Shown piece after piece: positions 31,902-41,618 of a stretch of 64,000 bases of DNA. Made by a program: the position numbers and the translations under genes. How positions within the stretch are numbered: the first letter of the stretch is position 1; each line of letters starts with the position of its first letter. The DNA is from an uncultured delta proteobacterium (GTDB taxonomy: Bacteria; Myxococcota_A; Polyangia; Polyangiales; Polyangiaceae). The notes beneath the pieces were generated by a model. The model did not search any database and was not told the origin of the DNA. It saw only the letters and a program-made list of their open reading frames with translations. The stretch is from NCBI GenBank assembly GCA_963841435.1, contig CAWJCS010000004.1, positions 352,001 through 416,000 on the forward strand. Direction: 5' to 3'.

Positions 31902-33338
31902 ATGCGAAAGGTGTTGGGCGTGCTCGTCGTCGTTGCCTGCGCGCCGGACTGGAGCCTGCCAGCCCCCCGCTTGCGCCCCGAAGTGCGCGTCGAGCCCACT
32001 GGGGACCTCGAAAGCGCGCCCGCCGTGCTCAGGCTTCGCGTCGGTGGCGCTGAAGGCCTCGCGCCGCTCGCTGATTTCCGTCTCTACGAGGGGACGCTGA
32101 GCTCGTACTATCTCGGGCGCCTCGCCAAGCGCGAGCCTCCCTCGACGCTCGTCGAGCGCGAGGTGCCCGGCGTGGTTTGGCAAGAAGGCGACGACGTGCT
32201 CGTGGCTCCCGCGCGAGCCCTTGTCGCCGGGACGTACTCGCTTGCGGCGCCGGACCTCGGGCTTCTCGCCGAAGTCACGGTCGACGCCGAACGGGGCGCG
32301 TGGGTGCCGAGGCGTTGGCCGCCCGTCGGCGTCGGGCGAGGGCGCGGCGGCGCGATCTTCTGCGGACCGGAGGCCGCCGGGGTCGAGCCAGGGGCGCTCG
32401 TGCTCGTCCCATCGGCGACGCCGGCCAGGATCACGAGGGGGGTGGGCGAGTCTTTCGCCTTTGCGTACGACTGCGTGCGTCTCGAGCCGGACGACGCGCC
32501 GCCCGAAGGGACGTTGCTCCTGCCGCCCGCGCTCGCAGGTGGTGCGGCGCTCGAGCCTTTGCCGCTCGTCGTCACGGCCGCAGAGCCGCTCGTTCCCGAC
32601 TGTGAGGACGGTGAAAAGCTCGTCGGCCCGGGCTGTGTGCTCGTCGAAGACGACAGGATGCGAGTTCGCTCGCCCGGGGGGGCATCGCTCTGGGCGGTGA
32701 GCGAGCCGTCCTCCGTGCTCGGCGTCGCGTCGCCCGACGCGAGCCTCGTGCTCCGGGGCCTCACCGCAGCGGAGCCGTATCGCTTCGTGGCGAGCGCCTT
32801 CGACCTTTCCGGTGCATGCACTCATGTCAACCTTGCGCTCGTTGCTGCCGCCGAGACGCCCCACGTCGTCATCAACGAAGTGCTCGCTGACCCGCGCGGG
32901 CCGGAGACGTCGGGGGAGTGGATCGAGCTCGTCAACGACGGCGTGAGCCCCGTGGAGCTCGGGGGCTTCGAGCTCAGGGATACCGGTGCCGCTGTCGTGC
33001 TCCCAGCCCAACGGCTCGAGCCGGGCGCCTTCGTGTTGCTCGCGGACGCATCGTTCATGCCCGATCCGGAGCTCGACGTGCCCGTCGTGGACACGACCCC
33101 GATCCTCCGGTTGACCTCCCTCGGGCAGTCGGGTCTATCGAACGCGGGCGAGCTGCTCCGGCTCACCGATGCCGAGGGGCGCGTGCTCTCGCGCTTTCCG
33201 AGCCGAAAGTCGCCGGGGCCAGGGCAGAGCCTCGCGCGCGTGCGGCCCGATGCTCCCGACGACGAGCCCGCGTCCTTTGCCCCGCATGCCGAGCCCGGAG
33301 CGTCGCCGGGCGCCCCCAACGTCGTAGCGACACCCTGA
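31902..33338 (+). CDS. Lamin-tail-domain lipoprotein
   Basis: Lipobox VVAC; LTD motifs VVINEVLADP..EWIELVN, GLSNAGE and SPGAPN. Confidence 0.85.
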   Translation: MRKVLGVLVVVACAPDWSLPAPRLRPEVRVEPTGDLESAPAVLRLRVGGAEGLAPLADFRLYEGTLSSYYLGRLAKREPPSTLVEREVPGVVWQEGDDVLVAPARALVAGTYSLAAPDLGLLAEVTVDAERGAWVPRRWPPVGVGRGRGGAIFCGPEAAGVEPGALVLVPSATPARITRGVGESFAFAYDCVRLEPDDAPPEGTLLLPPALAGGAALEPLPLVVTAAEPLVPDCEDGEKLVGPGCVLVEDDRMRVRSPGGASLWAVSEPSSVLGVASPDASLVLRGLTAAEPYRFVASAFDLSGACTHVNLALVAAAETPHVVINEVLADPRGPETSGEWIELVNDGVSPVELGGFELRDTGAAVVLPAQRLEPGAFVLLADASFMPDPELDVPVVDTTPILRLTSLGQSGLSNAGELLRLTDAEGRVLSRFPSRKSPGPGQSLARVRPDAPDDEPASFAPHAEPGASPGAPNVVATP

Positions 33339-33379
33339 GCGCCAAGGCGCCCAGCGGTAACCGCCGAGCCGTTCGGCGT

Positions 33380-34745
33380 TCAGCTGCCGCTGATAGTCAT
33401 CGACGCGACCCGCAGCGTCGGTGCCGCCATGGCCGTCTTGAGCAACAGGTCACTGCCGACCGCGTCGATGCCCTTCAGCATGGCGTCCAGAGTCGACGAG
33501 ATCGTGACCTCGCTCACGGGGAATGCGAGCTTTCCGTTCTCGATCCAGAAGCCGGAGGCGCCGCGCGAGAAATCTCCGGTCACGGGATTGAAGCCGAACC
33601 CCATGAGGTCGGTGACGTAGAGGCCGCGAGCCGTCGAGCTCAGGATCACTTCGGGCGCCGTCTTTCCCGCGAGAAGGTGGAAATTGCTGGTCGTCGGTCC
33701 GGGCGAGCCCCCGCCGCGGGCCGCCGAGCCCGTCGAGCGTCGCCCGAGCTTCCGGGCCGAGTAGCAATCGAAGAGGAACGTCTTTAGAACGCCTGCGTCG
33801 ACGACGAGGTTGCGTCGCGAGGCCAGGCCTTCGCCGTCGTAGGGGCGTGAGCCCGGCGCGCGCGGAATCAGCGGGTCGTCGACGATCGTGACGAGGGGGC
33901 TTGCGACCTCGGTGCCCTCGCGCTCCATGAGGTAGGTGGACTTGCGCCAGACGGCGCCGCCCACGATGCAGCCCGCGAAGCTGCCGAGCAGCGACCGCGC
34001 GACGTCCGGATCGAACACGACGGGTGCCTCCGTGGTCGCGACCTTGCGCGCCCCGAGTTTGTCGAACGGTGCGCCGCGCCGCCTCCCGTCCCACGCTTTC
34101 GGGATCCTCGAGCGCCGATGCGTGACGCGCTCCGGTCCAGTAGTGGCCCCGGCGCTTCTTCCCGTCGGCGTCGTTCGCGACCGGAGCCACCGACAGCGAC
34201 GCGTAGGAGCCACGCGTGACGCCCTCGAAGCCGCCCGACAGCACGAGCGCGCTCACCCCGTCCGAGCGGCCGAACGTCGCGCCTTCGCTGAGCGTCACGC
34301 GGGGGTCGTAGCCGAGCGCGGCCGCTTCCGCGGCCGTGGCGCGGGCGAGCGCCTGCTCGCCGTCGATGAGGGCGATGTCCTCGTCCGCAAGGTCGAGATC
34401 CGGGAACGGCGCCCGCGCAAGCTCGCTGGGATCGGCGGGGCCAGCCGCCGGGTCAGGCTCGGAAAGCTCCACGAGCTCGATGGCGTCGAAAATCAAGCGC
34501 TCGATGCCGGCCTCGCCGAGATCGCTCGTGCTCGTCACGGCGACGCGCCCATCGCGGATGACCCGCAGTGCGACGCTGTGATGCCCCGCTTCCTCCACGA
34601 GCTCGGGTTTGCCGAGCCGCACCCGCACGCTGAGCTCGAAGCCGCCGCGCGCGCTCGCCTCCGCCACGCCGGCGCCGCGCGCGAGCGCGCCGTCCACGAC
34701 GCGCTTTGCCAGCGCCAGCAGGTGTCGTTCGCGATCGTCGGTCAT
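33380..34745 (-). CDS. pmbA: PmbA/TldE family metalloprotease subunit (apparent +1 frameshift at 34065-34066)
   Basis: SRPYDGEG, TGDFSRGASGFWIENG and PVSEVTI; removing one T gives 'RRTVDKLGARKV'. Confidence 0.9.
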
Positions 34746-34794
34746 CGATGTCGTCGTATCAGATAAACGGTGGGCACGAAAACGGCGCGCCTCG

Positions 34795-35331
34795 TCAGCC
34801 TTGCAGCCGGCGCAGCGCCTGGGCCGTGTAAGCGGACGCGAGCCCGAGCACCGCGAAGACCCAGGCGAGCGTCCAGCCGAGCGGCGAGCCGAGCACGGGT
34901 TCCGTGCCGAAGTCGCCGTGGTACTGGGCGTAGGTCGCTCGCACGGAGAGGCGCGGGAAGAGCGCGAGCGTCAACGCCAGCCCCGAGAGGCCTGCGGCCA
35001 TGCCGAGCCGCAGCACCCTCGACGGGCGTCGGGCGCGCGTGGCGCGCGCCGCTGCGACGAACCCGATGGGCACGCTGGCGAGCGTTGCGAGCATGGTGGC
35101 GGCTTGCAGCAGGCGCGCTCGGCCACCGTCGAACAGGTACGCGCCCGCCCAGTCGGGCTCGAGCACGAACAGGCAGGCGCACGCCGGCGTGAAGGCCACG
35201 AGCGCATAGATGCACACCACGGCGAGCGAGCGCGAACCGAGGGCGCCTGGGGCGCCGCGCGCAACGTCTTCGCGCGCGAGCCACGCGAAGACCACGCCGA
35301 GCGTGAAGCCGAGGAGCGGTACAGCGAGCAA
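34795..35331 (-). CDS. Hypothetical membrane protein (about 5 TM)
   Basis: Hydrophobic segments and 'PDWAGAY' loop; start uncertain (TTG 35331). Confidence 0.65.
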   Translation of the reverse strand: MLAVPLLGFTLGVVFAWLAREDVARGAPGALGSRSLAVVCIYALVAFTPACACLFVLEPDWAGAYLFDGGRARLLQAATMLATLASVPIGFVAAARATRARRPSRVLRLGMAAGLSGLALTLALFPRLSVRATYAQYHGDFGTEPVLGSPLGWTLAWVFAVLGLASAYTAQALRRLQG

Positions 35332-35440
35332 AACCGGGCGGCTATCTTGCGCCCGTGGTGTTGGGTCCGGCAAGCGCCCGCGTGGCCCGGCTGCCCTGGA
35401 TTCGACGGCGCCGGGCCCAACTGCTAGTGCTTGCCGAAGC

Positions 35441-36217
35441 GTGAGCCCCGAACGTCTGCTGGCCCTGCTCGAGCGCGTGCGTTCCGGGGCGCTCTCGCCC
35501 ACGGCTGCCCTGGGAGAGCTCGCGACGCTGCCGTTCGAGGACCTCGAGTACGCCCGCATCGACCAGCACCGGGCATTGCGCCAGGGGCTTCCCGAGGTCA
35601 TCCTCGGGCAGGGCAAGTCCGCGGCGCAGATTGTGGGGATCGCGCGCCGGCTGCTCGAAGCCGGTCACAACGTGCTCGTCACGCGCCTCGACCCCGAGGC
35701 CGCCGGCGAGGTGACCCGTGCCGTGCCGGAGCTCGCCTATCAGCCGCTCGCTCGCACGGCGCTCGCCTTGCGACGGCCGCCACCACCGGTCGCGGGCGCA
35801 CCCGTCGCCGTCGTCACGGCCGGCACGAGCGATCTCCCGGTCGCCGAGGAAGCGCTCGAAACGCTCAAAAGCGCGGGCGTGCCGACGGAGCGCGTCGTCG
35901 ATGTCGGGGTCGCTGGACTGCATCGAGTGCTCGCGGCGCTCCCCGTGCTGCGGCGCGCGCGCGCCCTCATCGTCGTGGCCGGCATGGAAGGAGCGCTGCC
36001 CGGGGTCGTGGGCGGCCTCGTCGCCGCGCCCGTGATCGCCGTACCCACCTCGACGGGTTACGGGGCGGCGCTCGACGGGCTCACGGCGCTCTTCGGCATG
36101 CTCACGTGCTGTGCGTCGGGCATCACGGTCGTGAACATCGACAACGGCTTCGGCGCGGCAATGGCCGCCATCCGCCTTGTCCGTGGCACCGAGGCCGTCC
36201 AGGGGAGCGCGTCGTGA
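35441..36217 (+). CDS. larB: Nickel-pincer cofactor biosynthesis protein LarB (AIR-carboxylase-like)
   Basis: RIDQHRALRQGLPEVI.G.GK, AGTSDLPVAEE, DVGVAGLHR, AGMEGALP, PTSTGYG and VVNIDNGFGA. Confidence 0.95.
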   Translation: MSPERLLALLERVRSGALSPTAALGELATLPFEDLEYARIDQHRALRQGLPEVILGQGKSAAQIVGIARRLLEAGHNVLVTRLDPEAAGEVTRAVPELAYQPLARTALALRRPPPPVAGAPVAVVTAGTSDLPVAEEALETLKSAGVPTERVVDVGVAGLHRVLAALPVLRRARALIVVAGMEGALPGVVGGLVAAPVIAVPTSTGYGAALDGLTALFGMLTCCASGITVVNIDNGFGAAMAAIRLVRGTEAVQGSAS

Positions 36218-37581
36218 CCGAGCGCGCCCGCGGGCACGCCGAGGACGCGGAGCACGAGCACGCTCACGGCCACGATCACCAGCATCCCCATGCCCACGGG
36301 CACACCCACGAGGGGTCGGACCCCGTCGGAGGGTCGCGCGCCAAAATCACGCTCTTGCCCGGTGACCCCGAGGCCCATCGCGCGCCGCTCGAACGGGGAG
36401 CGAGCAACGGCAAGCTGTTGTTCTTCGACGCTTTCAGCGGCATCGCCGGCGACATGACGGTCGCCGCGCTCGTGGACCTCGGGGTCCCTCGTGGGGTCGT
36501 CGAGCAGGCCGCGGCGGCGCTCGGTATCGACGGCGTGAAGCTCACGTTCAGTCGCGCTCGAACCGGCGGGCTCGGGGCCACGCACTTCGACGTGACGGCG
36601 TCGCGCGAGCAGCCCGAGCGGCGCTACGCGGACGTCCGGCGCTTGCTCGACGCATCGAGTCTTTCGCCCGCCGTGGTGGCGCTTGCGCAGCGCATCTTCG
36701 GCCGGCTCGCGCGCGCCGAGGCGAGCGTGCACCGCGTTCCGCTCGAGGAAGTGACCTTCCACGAGGTGGGCGCCGTCGACTCGCTCGTCGACGTCGTGGG
36801 GGCGGCAGCGTGTCTCGACTATCTCGGGGGTCACGTAGTCGGCTCGCCTCTCCCGCTCGGGCGCGGTTCGGTCGCGGCGGCTCACGGTGTGCTCCCGCTC
36901 CCCGCTCCCGCGACGCTGGCCTGTCTCGAGGGGGTCCCCACCGTCCCCGCGGCGCGCAACGTGGAGCTCGTGACTCCGACGGGTGCGGCCATCCTGAGCA
37001 CCGTGGCCGAGCGCTTCGAACCGTGGCCCGCGCTCGTGCCCGAACGCATCGGCTGGGGCGCCGGAACGCGAGCTTTCGAGGACGCCCCGAACGCGCTCCG
37101 GGTCGTCATGGGGTCGCAACCCTCGACGCAGCGAGCCACCGCCGAGCTCGTGATGCTCGAGGCCACCGTGGACGACATGACGGGCGAGCTCGCGGCGCAC
37201 GCCATTTTCGTCCTGCTCGGTCTCGGGGCGCTCGATGCCTTCGCGACGCCGGTGACGATGAAGAAGGGGCGGCCCGGCCTCGTAGTTTCCGCGCTCGTCC
37301 GCGCGGCGGAGGCCGATGCCGTCGCCGAGGCGCTGCTGCGCGAGACGACGACACTCGGGGTGCGTCGCACGCCCGTGACCCGAGTCGAGCGCCCCCGCCG
37401 TACGGTCGAAATCTCGACGCGTTTCGGCACGATCCCCGTCAAGGTGGCCGAGGGCCCCTACGGTCCGCCACAGGCGAAGCCGGAATTCGATGCCTGCGCG
37501 CGCGCGGCCGCCGAGCACGGCGTTGCCGTACGCGAAGTGATCGCGGAAGCGTTGCTCGCCTGGTCGCGGACGCGGCCCTGA
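36214..37581 (+). CDS. larC: Nickel insertase LarC with N-terminal His-rich tail
   Basis: FDAFSGIAGDM, FHEVGAVDS, HG.LP.PAPAT, ELVTPTGAA, MKKGRPG, ETTTLGVR and KPEFD. Confidence 0.95.
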   Translation: MTERARGHAEDAEHEHAHGHDHQHPHAHGHTHEGSDPVGGSRAKITLLPGDPEAHRAPLERGASNGKLLFFDAFSGIAGDMTVAALVDLGVPRGVVEQAAAALGIDGVKLTFSRARTGGLGATHFDVTASREQPERRYADVRRLLDASSLSPAVVALAQRIFGRLARAEASVHRVPLEEVTFHEVGAVDSLVDVVGAAACLDYLGGHVVGSPLPLGRGSVAAAHGVLPLPAPATLACLEGVPTVPAARNVELVTPTGAAILSTVAERFEPWPALVPERIGWGAGTRAFEDAPNALRVVMGSQPSTQRATAELVMLEATVDDMTGELAAHAIFVLLGLGALDAFATPVTMKKGRPGLVVSALVRAAEADAVAEALLRETTTLGVRRTPVTRVERPRRTVEISTRFGTIPVKVAEGPYGPPQAKPEFDACARAAAEHGVAVREVIAEALLAWSRTRP

Positions 37582-37603
37582 CCAGTCCTCGGCCAACTCG
37601 AGA

Positions 37604-38245
37604 CTAGTCGGGCTTTTCGACCGCGAGCCCTGCGGCTTCCCAGGCGAGCAGCCCGCCCTCGAGGAACGCTGCCGCCACGCCCTGCTCGGCGAGCTTCTGC
37701 GCGATCTCTTTGGTCTTGTCCCCCGAGCGACAGTAGAGCACGGGCGGGACGCCCAGCATGTAGATCTCCGCGAGCCGCCCCTCGATCTCTTCGCCCGGCA
37801 TGTGGGTCGCGTCGGGAATGTGGGCGCGGTCGAAGGCTGCGCGCTCGCGGGTATCGACGGCTTTGACGCGCCCGGCGCGCAGCAGCGCCAAGAGCTCCTC
37901 CGGCTTCACGGCGCCTTCGGCGCGCGGCAGGTAGGGGTCGAGCATCTCGCGCAGCTGGGCTCGCTTGAGCGCCCCCACCTTGCCACCGACAGGCCGGCCC
38001 TGGTGGAACACCACGAAGGCGGGCACCGACTGCACGCCCAGCTGCCGCGCCAGCATCGGCGAGCGATCGATGTCGACGGTGACAATCTTGGCCTTGTCCA
38101 CCAGGTCGGCGGCGAGGGCCCTGAGCTCCGGTGCAACGAGCTTGCAGGGGCCGCACCACTCGGCGGAGAACTCCACCAGCACGGGGAGCTCCGACAAGAG
38201 CACCTCCCGCTCGAAATCCTGCTCTGAAACGACGCTCGGGGCCAT
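37604..38245 (-). CDS. Thioredoxin-rhodanese fusion protein
   Basis: AEWCGPC Trx site; C-terminal VDTRE..FDRAHIPDA, YCRSGDKT active loop and LEGGLLAW. Confidence 0.9.
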   Translation of the reverse strand: MAPSVVSEQDFEREVLLSELPVLVEFSAEWCGPCKLVAPELRALAADLVDKAKIVTVDIDRSPMLARQLGVQSVPAFVVFHQGRPVGGKVGALKRAQLREMLDPYLPRAEGAVKPEELLALLRAGRVKAVDTRERAAFDRAHIPDATHMPGEEIEGRLAEIYMLGVPPVLYCRSGDKTKEIAQKLAEQGVAAAFLEGGLLAWEAAGLAVEKPD

Positions 38246-38277
38246 GGCGGGTCATTACCTAGCACCGTCCCGCGTGT

Positions 38278-40386
38278 CTAGTCGTCACCCCCCGGCACCC
38301 GCAGATCGTCGGGGCTCGAAACACGACGTTTCAGGGCGAGCACCACCACGGTGCTGTCCGCTTCGACGGCGCCGGACCGAGGCGAGAGCTCGCTCGCGAG
38401 CACGAGCGCGGCTGCCCCGAGCAACGTGAACGCCGCCCACGAAAATTGGCTCGAACAGAGCGCGGGAGCCGCAAGGGACCAGGCACCCGGGCGCAGGGGA
38501 TCGGCGATCGCCGCGCCGGCGATCCACACGCTCGACAGCCAGGGGATCGAAAGCGCGACGCTCACCGCCGTCGCCCTCGCGGCGTGGGGCAGCACGCGCC
38601 GCAGGTACGGTGAGAGCGGCGCGCCGCCTCCACTCGGCGGCTCGAGCGCCTCCTCGACGCGCTGCTCGTTCAGGCGCTGGCTGAGCACTTCCGCGACATC
38701 GAAGGCTCGCAGCAGGCCGAGGCCGATCGCGCCGAGCGGGCCCCCGAACGACAGAGCAGCGCAGGCGACGAGCGGCTCGGGCAGCGCGCCGAGCAGCTCG
38801 CGTGCCCGCACGAGCAGGCCATGGGCGGTGCGCGAGACGCCGCCGGCGAGCAGCCCGAGTGCGCCACCGACGACGACCGCGACCCCGGTCGCCGCACCCA
38901 GCCCGAGGACGGTCGTGCCGAGCGCCGCGGAGAGGCCTCGCGGGTCACCCGTGGTTCGTCCGAGGAGCCCGACGAGCGAAAGCCCCGCGAGCACGACGCC
39001 GGCCCCGATGAGCAGCGGCCGGCGCCGCTCGGCGGGGTCGAGCTCCGTCGCCACCCGGGTCGGCGCGGGGCGGAGAAGATCGCCGATGGCGACCGACAGC
39101 GCGCCGGTTGCAGCGATGGGAAATCCAACCCACATGAGCAACGAGAGATCCCCTGCGGCGACAGCGCGCCGCGCCATGCCGCCCAGCCCGACGCCGAGCA
39201 CCGCCTCACCGGCGACGAGCGCCGTGACCGCCACGGGCAACCTCAACGCGAGGCGCGCGAGGGCACGGCGTAGCCACGGGCCGGGCGCGGCGAAGGCCTG
39301 GAGCTCCACCGTGAAAAGGGCTGCGAGCGCCAGCGTGAGCCCGCCGACCGCGATGCCGTACCCGTGCGCAAGGAGGCGCACCGAAAGCGAGGCCGGCGGC
39401 AGGGTCGCGGCACCCAATGCCACCGCGCCGAGCACCTTGGCGGTCGAACCGTGGCGTGAAAGGAGGCGCTCCGCACCGAGCGACGCCAAAAAGGCCAGTC
39501 CGACCGAAAGTCCCGCGTAAAGCAGCGTGCTCGTCGCCATGCGGAGAGCTCCGAGGGCCCGGGCCATGCCCGCGGGGTCGTCCTTGCCGAGGGCGCGCGC
39601 GACCGAAGCGACCCAGCGAAAATACCGCGTCTCGGTGACGGTCGCCGTGAGGCGCTGGGGGCCATCGAGCGTCGTAAAGTCGAGGGCATGCTCGAGCGCG
39701 AAGCTCTGGAACCGACTCACGGCCTCGCGTGCCTGCGTCACGTCGGGCTCTGCCGCCAGGTCGACGCGCACGCCCGTGACGTGCGCGAGCACGGGCGCGA
39801 GTCGCGCGACCCGTCGCGCGTCCTCCGCCGTGCGGACGCTGCCGAGCGCTTCGAGGAGCGCGGGTAGCGCGAAGGTGTCGAGCTCGGTGACTTCCTTGCG
39901 GCGCAAGGGGAGGGCGCGCTCCGCGAGCCGGGCGACCTTGCGCCTGACGACGGCCGGGCGAAAATCCGCGCTCCTGTCCTGCCAGAAGCGCGTGAAGAAG
40001 GCGATGGCTCGCTCTGGCGACGACAGCTCGTCGTCGTCGGCCACGCCCATCCTGCGCGCCACCGGGCCGAGAGCGAGCGCGACGCGCCCGCGCGCTCCCG
40101 GCTCGAGCGTGTCGAGCGTCGGCAGCACGTGTGGGAGGCCGGCGCCCCCGAGTCGGACGAGCTCGCGTGCCGCTCCCGGGGCTTCCGGTCCTCCCGCTGC
40201 GACGGCCCGCATGGCTCGGAGCGCCAGCTCGCGAGCGTTTCGGGGTGCCGGGTTGAAGAGGAGAGGCAGGTCGTCGCGCCGTGGACGAAGCCCGTCTGTG
40301 ACGCGCGCCAGCATCGCGAACGAAACGAGCGACGCCACGACGAGCGAAAGCACCGAGAAGGAGAGCTTCTCGATCGCGCGTCGCAT
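38278..40386 (-). CDS. Divergent fused DppB/DppC-like ABC permease with helical (HEAT-like) insertion
   Basis: DppB-like N-terminus and 'RYFRWV'; second half 'GVAVVVGGALGLLAG...LLGALP...YLRRVLP' is DppC-like; many TM segments. Confidence 0.6.
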   Translation of the reverse strand: MRRAIEKLSFSVLSLVVASLVSFAMLARVTDGLRPRRDDLPLLFNPAPRNARELALRAMRAVAAGGPEAPGAARELVRLGGAGLPHVLPTLDTLEPGARGRVALALGPVARRMGVADDDELSSPERAIAFFTRFWQDRSADFRPAVVRRKVARLAERALPLRRKEVTELDTFALPALLEALGSVRTAEDARRVARLAPVLAHVTGVRVDLAAEPDVTQAREAVSRFQSFALEHALDFTTLDGPQRLTATVTETRYFRWVASVARALGKDDPAGMARALGALRMATSTLLYAGLSVGLAFLASLGAERLLSRHGSTAKVLGAVALGAATLPPASLSVRLLAHGYGIAVGGLTLALAALFTVELQAFAAPGPWLRRALARLALRLPVAVTALVAGEAVLGVGLGGMARRAVAAGDLSLLMWVGFPIAATGALSVAIGDLLRPAPTRVATELDPAERRRPLLIGAGVVLAGLSLVGLLGRTTGDPRGLSAALGTTVLGLGAATGVAVVVGGALGLLAGGVSRTAHGLLVRARELLGALPEPLVACAALSFGGPLGAIGLGLLRAFDVAEVLSQRLNEQRVEEALEPPSGGGAPLSPYLRRVLPHAARATAVSVALSIPWLSSVWIAGAAIADPLRPGAWSLAAPALCSSQFSWAAFTLLGAAALVLASELSPRSGAVEADSTVVVLALKRRVSSPDDLRVPGGDD

Positions 40387-40433
40387 GGCGGTTTCTTACT
40401 ACGTCGCCGGGAGCGCGAGGGTGGAGCGGCGCC

Positions 40434-41618
40434 CTAACGCAATAGCCAGAAGCCCGTGACGGCGACCGCCGCCATCGCCAGGAGCACGAGCGCGCCGACC
40501 AGGGCCGGCGGCAGCCCGTCGATGGGGATCGTCACGGGCTCGTCCTGGCCGCCGAATGGAACCGGATCGCTTCCGAGCGGAGGGCTCGGTGGCGTTTCGG
40601 CGTTCTCCGGGAGCGAGAACTGGATGCCGACCATCGTGTGGCCGACTTTCAGACGCCGCGATTCGCGGGCGGCCTCCTCGCTCGGCGCGCCGGTCTGCAG
40701 ATCGTGGCCGGAAATCGACGCCAACCGGGGTGCGTCACTGCTCGACTCGGGAAGCGCGTACTTCTTGTAAGCGAGGTCCCCGTCCGGGAGGCGTTCGGGC
40801 AGGCCGGCACCCTGGAACTCGGCCACGATCACCGTGATGTTGTCATGACCGCCGGCGCGGTTCGCGCGGTCCGTGAGCTCTCGACAGGCGTCGAGCGGAT
40901 CGGCGTGCGCGAGCAGCACCTCCCGGAGCTCGTCGGTCCGGACCATGCCGGAGAGACCGTCGGAGCAGAGCAGCAGCCGGTCGCCACGCGCGAGGTCCAC
41001 GTAGGTGAGGTCCACCTGCACGGTCTCCGCAGTACCGAGTGCCTGCAAAATGATGTTGTTGTGCTCGAAGGTCTCGGCTTCTTCCTCGGTGAGCTGGCCA
41101 GCTTCGATCAGCTGGTTGACGAGGGATTGGTCGCGGCTCACCTGGACCAGGCGCTCACCGCGGAGCACGTAGGCGCGGCTGTCCCCGACCTGTGCGACGA
41201 ACAGGCGCGAGTCCACGAGCGCGGCGATCGTCGCCGTCGTGCCCATGCCTCGGCGTGAGCGGTCCGCTCGTGCCTCGTTGAAGATCCGGGCCCCGGCTTC
41301 CTCCACGGACTGGACGAGGCGGCGGGCGAGCTCGTCGTGCTCTGCGGGCGGGTCACCCTCCAAAAGGCGCTCGTAGATGATGTCGACCGCCAGCTGGCTT
41401 GCGATCTCACCGGCCGCGGCGCCACCCATGCCGTCGCAGACGCCGAGCACTGAGCCCTGCGCCCCGATGGTCTGGTCGCGATCCCCCTCGAGCAGGCCAC
41501 GGCTCTCGCGCGTGAGGTCAGCGACGAGGAAATTGTCCTCGTTGTGCTCCCGGATCTGTCCCACGTCGGTGCGCCCGAACAGGCGCATCCGGATCTCCGG
41601 ACGACCGTCGCCGTTCAT
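40434..41618 (-). CDS. PP2C/PPM Ser/Thr phosphatase with C-terminal TM
   Basis: TDVGQIREHNED, VCDGMGG, MGTT, VGDSRAY, LCSDGL and GGHDNIT. Confidence 0.96.
   Translation of the reverse strand: MNGDGRPEIRMRLFGRTDVGQIREHNEDNFLVADLTRESRGLLEGDRDQTIGAQGSVLGVCDGMGGAAAGEIASQLAVDIIYERLLEGDPPAEHDELARRLVQSVEEAGARIFNEARADRSRRGMGTTATIAALVDSRLFVAQVGDSRAYVLRGERLVQVSRDQSLVNQLIEAGQLTEEEAETFEHNNIILQALGTAETVQVDLTYVDLARGDRLLLCSDGLSGMVRTDELREVLLAHADPLDACRELTDRANRAGGHDNITVIVAEFQGAGLPERLPDGDLAYKKYALPESSSDAPRLASISGHDLQTGAPSEEAARESRRLKVGHTMVGIQFSLPENAETPPSPPLGSDPVPFGGQDEPVTIPIDGLPPALVGALVLLAMAAVAVTGFWLLR

Noticed and set aside
36214..37581. Programmed frameshift in larC as in Lactobacillus larC1/C2
   Set aside because: LarC is one continuous frame here
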